From a virus (lineage: Duplodnaviria > Caudoviricetes), in IMG/VR virus record IMGVR_UViG_3300042307_001470, positions 1 through 28,717 of that record: a stretch of DNA of 28,717 bases; one strand, 5' to 3'. Positions within the stretch are counted from its first letter, which is position 1. Each line of letters begins with the position of its first letter. Both the position numbers and the translations under genes were made by a program. Below, one piece after another: positions 18,171 to 25,196 of this stretch. The notes under the pieces are model-generated. The model ran no database searches. It was not told where the DNA came from and was given only the letters and a program-made list of their open reading frames with translations.

Positions 18171-18359
18171 GTGAACGCTGAGGCGGAGGCATTCCGGATC
18201 ATCCTCAACGAGCATGATCCGTACGACAACACCCGCGAGATTGTTTGCGGTTGTGGGCGGAAGTTCGCGCCCGGGAAGTCCGTGCACTTGGGTGGCTGGT
18301 CGCGGCACGTGGCCGAGCTACTTATCGGCGCTATGTCTAACGGGAAGGGTGATCTGTGA
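18171..18359 (+). CDS. Hypothetical protein (62 aa)
   Basis: Tightly coupled in the operon; H...CGCG...H pattern. Confidence 0.65.
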   Translation: MNAEAEAFRIILNEHDPYDNTREIVCGCGRKFAPGKSVHLGGWSRHVAELLIGAMSNGKGDL

Positions 18360-19192
18360 TGGGTGCTGTTTTTGTGGCGGTGTCGGAGGGTTCTGATCGC
18401 AATCTCGCGGCAGTCGCGGTAGCTAACTCGGGTGAGACACCGGTGGTGTACAACGGCCTCGACCACCCCGCGGTGGTGGAGCGCATCAACGGCCGGTTGT
18501 CCGCCGCGGATGCGGTGGTGGTGCACGGTGCGTCGCACTGGATGCCTCGCCTTATCGACGCCGGGTTGGCGCCGCGTTCAGCTGTGGACCGCGTGGTGTG
18601 CACGCGGGATCTGGCGCGTCTCGGCCGGCCCAACAGTGTGGCGGCTAACGGCGCCATGTATTGGGACACAGCCAATGCGGTGGCGGGGCTGGTTGCACCG
18701 CCGGCGGTTGCCCGCCCGGCTGGCCCGCTCGGCATGGATCCTCGCGACGTGGCGGGTTTGGCGGCGGCTACGGCGACGGTGTTCCCCGCGGCATATGCGG
18801 CGGCGGCGGAGAGGCTGTCGCCGGAGTTGGTTCGACGCGACTTAGCGCGTATGCGATCTACGGTGTCGAGTGGGTGTGCGATCTTGGAGACGGATTCTCC
18901 GGTTACGGATTCTGAGCCGGCTCCGGTACCCGTTCCGGTGGCCGGCGTGACGCGAAACCAGTTCGACTTCGAGCCGCAGCCGGTGTACAAGCGTGTCTCG
19001 CTGGTCGAGGGGATCTCCCCCGCGGTGGCGCTGTACGCGCCGGCACGCAAAGTCGCCGCGGTGTCGGCGTCGGTGGTTGCGCTGGCCGAGTCGCACGGAA
19101 TCGACCTGGACTCGCTGACGGGTTCGGGTGTCGGTGGGCGGGTCATCATGGCTGACGTTAAAAAGGCAATCAAAGAGGAGAGCGCGCGGTGA
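18356..19192 (+). CDS. Protein with a degenerate 3'-5' exonuclease-like N-terminus and a C-terminal E3-binding (PSBD) domain
   Basis: C-terminal VVALAESHGIDLDSLTGSGVGGRVIMADVKKA fits the E3-binding consensus; VVHGASH...RVVCTRDLARL resembles the PolA exonuclease fold. Confidence 0.7.
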   Translation: MMGAVFVAVSEGSDRNLAAVAVANSGETPVVYNGLDHPAVVERINGRLSAADAVVVHGASHWMPRLIDAGLAPRSAVDRVVCTRDLARLGRPNSVAANGAMYWDTANAVAGLVAPPAVARPAGPLGMDPRDVAGLAAATATVFPAAYAAAAERLSPELVRRDLARMRSTVSSGCAILETDSPVTDSEPAPVPVPVAGVTRNQFDFEPQPVYKRVSLVEGISPAVALYAPARKVAAVSASVVALAESHGIDLDSLTGSGVGGRVIMADVKKAIKEESAR

Positions 19193-19500
19193 TTGACCGA
19201 TGGACACCCGCAGAGGTCGCAGATTTTTTTGAGGTACCCCTCCCCACGGTATATGGCTGGCTTCGTGGAGGGCACTTGCCGGCCAAACGACAGGGACGGC
19301 TTTACTGGATTTCGTCGGACGATATCCGCGCCTACAACCCTCCCGCCGGCGAGCGAATCAGGCCGGCGGCGGAGGGAGAGTCATCCCGCGCGGGGATGGT
19401 GTTCGGAGCCGCGGCCGTGTCGCGCTTCCGTGCGCGTAACCGTAGGGCACTTCTCGAACGAGAAGCCGCGGCCATAGAGCGGTCCACAGAGCCGCGATAG
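19189..19500 (+). CDS. Excisionase-family HTH DNA-binding protein
   Basis: WTPAEVADFFEVPLPTVYGWLRGGHLPAKRQGRLYWISSDDI. Confidence 0.82.
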   Translation: MIDRWTPAEVADFFEVPLPTVYGWLRGGHLPAKRQGRLYWISSDDIRAYNPPAGERIRPAAEGESSRAGMVFGAAAVSRFRARNRRALLEREAAAIERSTEPR

Positions 19501-19603
19501 TGCGATCAGAGATCGGCAATAGATCGACCATAGAGCGCCGATAGAACGCCCAAACTTCGATCAATAGTTCGACTAATAGATCGGTCGTAGATCGGCCATA
19601 GAC
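19469..19603 (+). repeat. Tandem array of about 12 degenerate 11-12 bp units (consensus near CGnCnATAGAt)
   Basis: CGGCCATAGAG, CGGCAATAGAT, CGACCATAGAG, CGCCGATAGAA, CGACTAATAGAT, CGGTCGTAGAT, CGGCCATAGAC and others in register. Confidence 0.75.
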
Positions 19604-19662
19604 GACGCCCAAAAGTGGTCGAAACGCCCTGACCTGCGCCTGCACGCGCACTTGTGTGTTTT

Positions 19663-20919
19663 TTATTCTGATTTTTCGCCCGGCGCCAAAGCCTCGAGCA
19701 CAGCCATCGCTTCCCGCTGCCGTGTGACGTCGGCGTGTGCGTAGATGCGTGTGGCGACTGCCGAACTATGTCCGAGCAGTTCCATCCGGGTCTGTTCGTC
19801 GACACCGGCGGCGCGCATGATGGTTGCGGTGGTGTGTCGGGCAACGTGCGGAGGGATGGTCTCCCCCTCTTCCGCCATACCGGAGTCCTGCATCAGTTGC
19901 TGCCACGCCTCCCAGTCCTTTTTAGGGGGGACCGGGCGGCCGTCGGCCAAATGAAAAACTAGGTTATGGGGGTTGGCGCCGCGGTCCAGTTCCTTGAGCG
20001 TTCGCAGCGCCGCAACCATCGGAGCTACTAGCGGTATGAATCGGCGGCCGGCGTGAGTCTTGGGGCGGGTCAGGACCAGCGAACGGTAAATCTCCCGCAT
20101 TTCGAAGTCGGGCGGCACGTCCCACCGGGGAGCACTGCAGTAAGCGCCCTTCACTTTGCCGCACGGCCACGCACCGGCCGCGCCGGCTTCGCCGCAGCCG
20201 TGGTCCCGGGTGAGTGTTTGCAACTGCCACTCCACGTCGGCGACGGCGCCGTCGAGGTCTATGCGGTCCCATGACAGGGCCAACGCTTCGCCCTGCCGTA
20301 TGCCGGTTAGGAACGCGGTAGCCCAGCGGGCGGCTTCCATAGGGTCGCGGGTGTCGGCGGCACACTTGAGGATTGTTCGGGCTTCATCGAGGGTGAACGC
20401 GTCGCGCGGCGTGGCCGACAGTTTCGGTTTATGGACGGCGTCGCACACATTGCGGGTGAGGATTCCCTCGCGCACGGCGTCTTTGAGTGCCGCATTTAGC
20501 AGCACGTAGGACTTCTGCGTTCGGCGGCGCCCGTTGCCGAGCGCCTTGATCATCCCGCGCACGTCTTCCGGTGTGAGTGAGGCTAGCCGCTTGTCGCCGA
20601 TGGTGGAGCTGATCTGCCGGACCACCACCTCGTAGCTCTGCCGCGTCGATGGCCGTATCTGGTCTCTGTGTATCTCGTGGAGCCACCGGTCCAGCCACGC
20701 ACTGACGGTGGTGGCTCGGTTGACGGTGACGCCGGCAGCCAGATCCTTTTTGAGCTCGCCGAGCTTGCGAACACACTCCCGGTAATCGCGGCTGTATACC
20801 TTCTTCTGCCGCCTCTTTCCGTCGGTCGATGGGGAGTCCATGATGCCCACCCACATACCGTCCGGGCGCTGGCTAATGCTCCCCTCACCTGCTGCCCGGC
20901 GTGGCCGCTTTGCCGCCAT
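19663..20919 (-). CDS. int: Tyrosine integrase
   Basis: GEGSISQRPDG arm-binding N-terminus; TGIRQGE (R), PKT (K), HVARH, LLGHSS, RIYAH (Y). Confidence 0.96.
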   Translation of the reverse strand: MAAKRPRRAAGEGSISQRPDGMWVGIMDSPSTDGKRRQKKVYSRDYRECVRKLGELKKDLAAGVTVNRATTVSAWLDRWLHEIHRDQIRPSTRQSYEVVVRQISSTIGDKRLASLTPEDVRGMIKALGNGRRRTQKSYVLLNAALKDAVREGILTRNVCDAVHKPKLSATPRDAFTLDEARTILKCAADTRDPMEAARWATAFLTGIRQGEALALSWDRIDLDGAVADVEWQLQTLTRDHGCGEAGAAGAWPCGKVKGAYCSAPRWDVPPDFEMREIYRSLVLTRPKTHAGRRFIPLVAPMVAALRTLKELDRGANPHNLVFHLADGRPVPPKKDWEAWQQLMQDSGMAEEGETIPPHVARHTTATIMRAAGVDEQTRMELLGHSSAVATRIYAHADVTRQREAMAVLEALAPGEKSE

Positions 20920-20933
20920 GGAAACCCCCTCTA

Positions 20934-21143
20934 GGTGGTAACAGATACTGGTAACAAGACCTTGTATAACTACTGTATATGTTAGGGGCGGTTGACCTGC
21001 CGCGAGCTGGTGTTATTCCGGAACCGCCCTGCTTGCGGCACGTTTACCCAGTGCCTTCTAATCCCTAGGTCGCAGGTTCGATCCCTGCCGGGGGCGCAGC
21101 TAGAGCCAGTTTGGCGTGTCGTGGTGGTAACTCTGGTGGTAAC
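20934..21143. mobile_element. attP: attP region with arm-type integrase sites
   Basis: (GG)TGGTAAC direct repeats at 20934-20942 and 20949-20955, and at 21123-21131 and 21135-21143, flanking a tRNA-derived core. Confidence 0.88.
21053..21096 (+). other. attP common core = 3' half of tRNA-Arg(UCU)
   Basis: CT-TCT-AA anticodon loop, T-arm GCAGG-TTCGATC-CCTGC, acceptor strand CGGGGGC; no 5' half upstream. Confidence 0.88.
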
Positions 21144-21159
21144 GCGGTACAGTGGTGCC

Positions 21160-21384
21160 ATGCGAGAACTTCGGTGGAAACGAAACACCTGGAACGGTGC
21201 TATTTACTACGTGTCTTACGGCGAGCACTGGTCGTTCCAGGTTCGGCGTGGCGCGGATGGCTGGCTGGCGTTGCCGGCACCCGCGGGGCGGGGCTGGACC
21301 AGCTTCGACCTCAAACTCGCGGACTCGCGGTTCCGGACTCTGAGCGAAGCGAAGTTGGCCTGCGTGCGCCACGCGCAGGTCTAA
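21160..21384 (+). CDS. Small hypothetical protein (74 aa), probably leaderless
   Basis: MRELRWKR...FRTLSEAKLACVRHAQV; TACAGT -10 (21148-21153) 6 nt before the ATG; no RBS. Confidence 0.7.
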   Translation: MRELRWKRNTWNGAIYYVSYGEHWSFQVRRGADGWLALPAPAGRGWTSFDLKLADSRFRTLSEAKLACVRHAQV

Positions 21385-21434
21385 ATACGAAAAGGGCCCG
21401 CCCCGCCGACCAACTAGGGGTCAGCGGGGCGGGC
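21383..21434 (-). terminator. Intrinsic terminator ending the late operon (possibly bidirectional)
   Basis: 16-bp stem 21396-21411/21419-21434 followed on the minus strand by CCTTTTCGTATTT. Confidence 0.85.
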
Positions 21435-21440
21435 ATTGTA

Positions 21441-21520
21441 TGGAGCCGCGGGGAATCGAACCCCGGTCCGGCGCGGTCCGCATGCGGGTCTCGCGCGCCG
21501 TCGAAACCAATCCCGGCCCC
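21441..21520 (-). ncRNA. Mini-tmRNA: tRNA-like domain only (80 nt), no tag ORF or pseudoknots
   Basis: GGGGCCG/CGGCTCC-A acceptor stem with G3:U and discriminator A; stemless D-loop GGTTTCGA; helix CGGCGCG/CGCGCCG; GAC linker; T-arm CGGGG-TTCGATT-CCCCG. Confidence 0.85.
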
Positions 21521-21525
21521 GTGGT

Positions 21526-21663
21526 CTAGTCGTCTTTGTGGAGCTGCCTCAGCCGGTACCAGTAGTGGCCGAAAAACAGATAGGTGGCGCCGCCGGCCGC
21601 CGCGCCCGAGAGGATGCACAGACCGACGACGCCTAGCACGGCCACACTCACTTTGACGGGCAT
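21526..21663 (-). CDS. Small single-pass membrane protein
   Basis: VSVAVLGVVGLCILSGAAAGGATYLFF then basic tail; start ATG 21663 or GTG 21651. Confidence 0.6.
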   Translation of the reverse strand: MPVKVSVAVLGVVGLCILSGAAAGGATYLFFGHYWYRLRQLHKDD

Positions 21664-21815
21664 TCGACGGTGTACCTGGGATCCGTTGCGCCGGGGTCGG
21701 GGGCGGTGCATCCTCCAATACCCAACGCGGTGATGACGCCGGCGAGGAATCCCAAGCTGCCGTAGGTGAGCACGCTCCCCCCGTCGCGGTTGCGGTGCCT
21801 CCAGGTGTCAAGCAT
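21648..21815 (-). CDS. Small putative lipoprotein (55 aa), absent from the ORF track
   Basis: MLDTWRHR...LGFLAGVITALGIGG-C-TAPDPG; overlaps both neighbours. Confidence 0.5.
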   Translation of the reverse strand: MLDTWRHRNRDGGSVLTYGSLGFLAGVITALGIGGCTAPDPGATDPRYTVECPSK

Positions 21816-22026
21816 GGCGGAAGCCGAACGGGGCGCGGCGGTTGTCGTATTCGGGGTCGTAGTCTTCCTCGGACTCTTCCCACTCGACCTCAGACTCTCC
21901 GGCGATTTCGTAACTTCCGCCGGTGTTCGACACGAACCCGGACTCGGTCTCGGTCTCGTCGCGGTCAGACAATCCGACAGACACGTGGAAAACCTCAGCG
22001 CCGAGGAGGCGAACGGTTAACTGCAT
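21808..22026 (-). CDS. Small acidic hypothetical protein
   Basis: AAGGAG RBS; D/E-rich; ends PFGFRHA. Confidence 0.7.
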   Translation of the reverse strand: MQLTVRLLGAEVFHVSVGLSDRDETETESGFVSNTGGSYEIAGESEVEWEESEEDYDPEYDNRRAPFGFRHA

Positions 22027-22166
22027 CAGACTTTGTCTCCTTTGTCCGTCTCAGTTGACTCGAGCTCGCCGCACCAGGCGGCGACGTCTTCGTCGTTTAC
22101 GACACCCTCGGGGGCGCCGGACACCATCCGCGCCGCGGCACGCACCATCGACCACGGGGTGGTCAC
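22026..22166 (-). CDS. Hypothetical protein (46 aa), absent from the ORF track
   Basis: MTTPWSMVRAAARMV...; GTGA and TGATG overlaps with neighbours. Confidence 0.5.
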   Translation of the reverse strand: MTTPWSMVRAAARMVSGAPEGVVNDEDVAAWCGELESTETDKGDKV

Positions 22167-22552
22167 TCTGACTCCCAATCGATAACGCACTGCGGCAACG
22201 GCGCCGGCGGATTGGCAAGCGTCGCAACGAGTGCACGCGCCGTGTCGCGGCTCGGCTCGTTAATCCACGCCAGCAGGGCGGCATCCCTGACGCCGTTATA
22301 GCCCGTTGTCGCGCGGGCCGCGGTGACCACCTCAGCGATGCACGCCAACTTATCGGCGGCGCGGGCGTTGTAGCTTTGCTGCCGTTGCGAGATGAACACG
22401 AGGTTTGCCATCGATAGCACGCCCACCAACGCGAACGCGACACCGAGTGACGTTGTCCAGCGGTCGTCCTTCGCCCGGCGTGCCCAGGCACCGCCGGCGA
22501 GGAATCCCATCAGCAGCGCGACGGCGGCCAGTGAGGCCCATTGTTGCGTCAT
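22163..22552 (-). CDS. Lysis-cassette membrane protein (2 TM plus helical ectodomain)
   Basis: Two hydrophobic helices; paired Cys; PPAPLPQC end. Confidence 0.72.
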   Translation of the reverse strand: MTQQWASLAAVALLMGFLAGGAWARRAKDDRWTTSLGVAFALVGVLSMANLVFISQRQQSYNARAADKLACIAEVVTAARATTGYNGVRDAALLAWINEPSRDTARALVATLANPPAPLPQCVIDWESE

Positions 22553-22728
22553 TTACCGGCGCCCTTCTGCGTGAAAAAATAGCCGACAATGGTTGTCATG
22601 AATGTGTCGGCGACGGCTCCGCCGGACCAGTCCGGAACCTTCGCGCGGAAGGCCAACGAGCCGAGCCACGCGACCGCACAGACCGCGGTTACCACCGTTG
22701 CCGGCCCCAACTTCGCGAGCCGGTTCAC
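22549..22728 (-). CDS. Lysis-cassette 2-TM membrane protein (59 aa), absent from the ORF track
   Basis: MNRLAKLGPATVVTAVCAVAWLGSLAF...FMTTIVGYFFTQKGAGK; GTGA/ATGA overlaps at both ends. Confidence 0.72.
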   Translation of the reverse strand: MNRLAKLGPATVVTAVCAVAWLGSLAFRAKVPDWSGGAVADTFMTTIVGYFFTQKGAGK

Positions 22729-23168
22729 GCGGGGTCACTCATGCTTGGATAGCCAATTGTGGACGCCTGCACGGTATTGGGTGCCGGCGAGGCGGGCGCG
22801 TATGTCGTCGGCGTGGTATAGGCCGGCGGCGGGGGTGTCGGCGTCGGGGTCGTAGTCGTAGCCGCCGTCGGCGGCGGCGCTAAAGGGGGCAGCGGGTCCG
22901 ACGAGCTGACGCCGTTCGCGTGCAGGATCGCATCCACCGCGGCCTCCTCAGCCGTATCCGGGGGAAGTTCCTCGATCTTTTCTAGAGACATGAGGAGGGC
23001 GATTGCCGCGGCCGCGGCGCCGACGCTGAGTGCCTGCTGCCAGTTGGCGCTGATGCCGCCGGCGGCACTGACCCCGAGCACCCCGCCGGCGGCCTGAGCG
23101 AACGTGCGAACCATGCGCACGCCGGTCTGCTGCCAGTATCTGGCACTGGTGAGAATCGAATCGCCCAC
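22725..23168 (-). CDS. Holin (r1t-like) with Pro/Thr-rich tail
   Basis: Start GTG 23168; YWQQTGVRMVRTFAQA...NWQQALSVGAAAAAIALLMSL matches the r1t holin pattern; follows the lysin. Confidence 0.82.
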   Translation of the reverse strand: MGDSILTSARYWQQTGVRMVRTFAQAAGGVLGVSAAGGISANWQQALSVGAAAAAIALLMSLEKIEELPPDTAEEAAVDAILHANGVSSSDPLPPLAPPPTAATTTTPTPTPPPPAYTTPTTYAPASPAPNTVQASTIGYPSMSDPA

Positions 23169-23170
23169 GG

Positions 23171-24070
23171 CTACACCAGATCCGATAAGTCGACGCCGAG
23201 CTTCGCGGCCAAGCGCACGAGAATCTCGTAGTTCACGCGGCCGAGTGACGCGGCGTTGATTGCATGCCCGAGCGTTGTGTCGAGCCGGTGCGGGTCCGCG
23301 ATTGCGTCGGCGAGACCGTCTTTCAGTCCCCGAGCTGGAAGCCACATCGTGACCTCGTGCGCGGTGTGGCTGACCTTATCGTCGACCGTGTACGCGGTGT
23401 ACGGCTTGGGCCCGTTTCTCCCGATGACGCACGGGATGCCGGCCGGGTTGTTCTCTGCCGCAGGCGCATTCGGCGCCGGTGCCGGTTCGGGTGCGCCGGC
23501 AACAACCTCGGGAGTGTTCGCGGCAAAGACGAAGCCATGCGGGGTTACGGCCCCACAGGCCCACTCTTTGGTAACCCAGTACCCGCCGGGCTGGAACCCG
23601 CTGTCCGCGATCCATACGGCACCCTCGGCCTCATCTACGCCCATTGCGGCCACGTAGTGGTAGACAGTATTGGAGCCGTAGTTCGGCGGGACGGAGCCTT
23701 TGGTGACGCCGTGCGAGGGGTGGTTCGACGGCGGCACAACAAGATTCAGCACACAGCCCCATCCGCCGCGGATGGACTGAACGATGGAGCGCCACATGTT
23801 CTCCCGCTGATCTGCGGTCGGCGGGTCGTTGGGCATCCAGACGGCTTTCCAGCCGGCCTCGGGTGCGTGCAGCGACAAACCCTTGGCGATGGATTCAATG
23901 GAGGCAGTGCCGGCGGTTGTGGTCCCCATTTCCTGCGCGAGCTGGTTCTCGGTGACGCTGATTCCGTGGCCCTGCAACACAATCTGGCTGGATGCGGGCC
24001 CGCAAAAATACCCGGTCTCCTGGGTAACTGCGGCGTGCGAGTGGTCGTATGAAAGCACGATTTCGGACAA
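23171..24070 (-). CDS. Endolysin (lysin A) with C39-like cysteine peptidase domain
   Basis: QETGYFCGPAS, HYVAAMG, WIADSGF catalytic Cys-His-Asp; Pro-Ala linker; GGAGG RBS; precedes the holin. Confidence 0.88.
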   Translation of the reverse strand: MSEIVLSYDHSHAAVTQETGYFCGPASSQIVLQGHGISVTENQLAQEMGTTTAGTASIESIAKGLSLHAPEAGWKAVWMPNDPPTADQRENMWRSIVQSIRGGWGCVLNLVVPPSNHPSHGVTKGSVPPNYGSNTVYHYVAAMGVDEAEGAVWIADSGFQPGGYWVTKEWACGAVTPHGFVFAANTPEVVAGAPEPAPAPNAPAAENNPAGIPCVIGRNGPKPYTAYTVDDKVSHTAHEVTMWLPARGLKDGLADAIADPHRLDTTLGHAINAASLGRVNYEILVRLAAKLGVDLSDLV

Positions 24071-24146
24071 GACGGCCTCCTAGGCATGTGGGGACGGCCT
24101 AAGGATTTGTGTCTAAATTAGGGACGGCACGGCTGCATGGTTGAGC

Positions 24147-24188
24147 CCAGACCGGGCGGCGGGCCGTCCCTGGCGCCGCCCGGCCTGG
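24147..24188. promoter_or_regulatory. Hairpin in the lysin leader
   Basis: CCAGACCGGGCGGCG / CGCCGCCCGGCCTGG stem, 12-nt loop. Confidence 0.55.
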
Positions 24189-24217
24189 TGTTGTTTAGCC
24201 CGTGGGGCTCACGGGGA

Positions 24218-25186
24218 TCACAGGTAAACCTTGAAGCTGATCGTCTTGTGGAGGTATTCGGGATTGGCGGTGCCGTCGCCGTAAAGATCCTCCACCGTGC
24301 AATCCAAACCGCTGTATCCGTTGGGCGGGAAATTCTTTGTGAAGTTGCGCGGGACGTAACCGTTCAGCGTGGGGAACTGAACGCATCGGAACATAAACCC
24401 TTCATCGAGCGGGTCGTATGGGCCGAGACCTTTCTTTAGCGCAAAGTCGACAACCCCGCCGCCCTTGTTTGTCTGCGCCACGTCGTACAGCCACAGCGGT
24501 TCCTCGACGGGCGTGCTGGGCACAGCCACAACCTCAAAGGACAGCCCAGTCCACGATGCGCTAACACTGTGGGTCAGGGTCGAAGCCGCTGCCGTCGCGG
24601 TCTTGGTGTCAATCATCTGGGTGTTTGCCAGCCGTGCGTTCAGGTTCTTACTGATGAAGTTCGCCTGCACTTTGTTAACCCACGCACCGCTCGCGCCGGT
24701 CTGAATGAACGCATGGCACACCGCCGAGTCGCCGCTGGGATCGGTCAGCGTCAGCGCGGGAGCCGTCGCCGTCAGACCCGTGTTAGACGCGGTGCCGGTG
24801 GCACCGAACGGCGCGTTGGGATTGGCGTTGCGAAAGACGTAGACGCTGTTGAACGTCGCCCCGGTCAGCGTGCCGACTGCGGTGTTGGGAGCGGTGGCCC
24901 ACTTGTAGACCAACGCCACCTTCATCGGTGAGGTCTGCTTGGCCGCAAGCGTGTAGCCGTTGGGAGCCACGTCTGTCCCGTACAGCACCGCCACCAGAAG
25001 ATCGTTAGCGACGTGCGCGGGGAACGTGTTGGCGGTCCCGGTGGCGACCGTCGATCCGATCCAGGTCACCTTGCCACTGATCGGAGGCCACACATGCTTG
25101 TCGCCGACGTAGATGCGTGCGGTTGGTGACGTGCCAACGTAAGCCTTGAGCAGCGGTGTCCCGCCGACAGCGGTGTCGAACGCCAT
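24218..25186 (-). CDS. Minor tail protein / receptor-binding candidate
   Basis: N-terminal KAYVG...RIYVGDKHVWP motif; beta-rich, Thr/Ala/Gly-rich; last gene before the lysin. Confidence 0.75.
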   Translation of the reverse strand: MAFDTAVGGTPLLKAYVGTSPTARIYVGDKHVWPPISGKVTWIGSTVATGTANTFPAHVANDLLVAVLYGTDVAPNGYTLAAKQTSPMKVALVYKWATAPNTAVGTLTGATFNSVYVFRNANPNAPFGATGTASNTGLTATAPALTLTDPSGDSAVCHAFIQTGASGAWVNKVQANFISKNLNARLANTQMIDTKTATAAASTLTHSVSASWTGLSFEVVAVPSTPVEEPLWLYDVAQTNKGGGVVDFALKKGLGPYDPLDEGFMFRCVQFPTLNGYVPRNFTKNFPPNGYSGLDCTVEDLYGDGTANPEYLHKTISFKVYL

Positions 25187-25196
25187 GATCTAACCC

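Noticed and set aside
19469-19603. CRISPR array
   Set aside because: Units are 11-12 bp, abutting and degenerate, with no spacers
19644-19667. Plus-strand terminator ending the early arm
   Set aside because: A T-tract is present but the stem is only about 6 bp with two G-U pairs; too weak to call
20971-20988. TACTGTATAT resembling an E. coli SOS half-site
   Set aside because: Wrong consensus for Actinobacteria and no second half-site; more likely the int -10 (TACAGT on the minus strand)
21053-21096. Intact tRNA-Arg gene
   Set aside because: Upstream sequence cannot form the D-arm or the 5' acceptor strand; only the 3' half is present
20992-21159. N-terminal extension of the 130-aa ORF across attP (integration-dependent immunity repressor)
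   Set aside because: The extension is translated tRNA and arm-site sequence with no HTH; ATG 21160 has a well-placed -10
21441-21520. Ordinary tRNA (a CAT triplet lies in the central hairpin) or an ssrA-type attP fragment
   Set aside because: No D-stem and no 7-nt anticodon loop; an att fragment would carry only one end, whereas both ends are present and paired, and the arm sites flank the tRNA-Arg core instead
22553-22738. Track ORF MTPREPAREV...
   Set aside because: The alternative frame 22549-22728 gives a 2-TM protein with 4-bp overlaps at both ends
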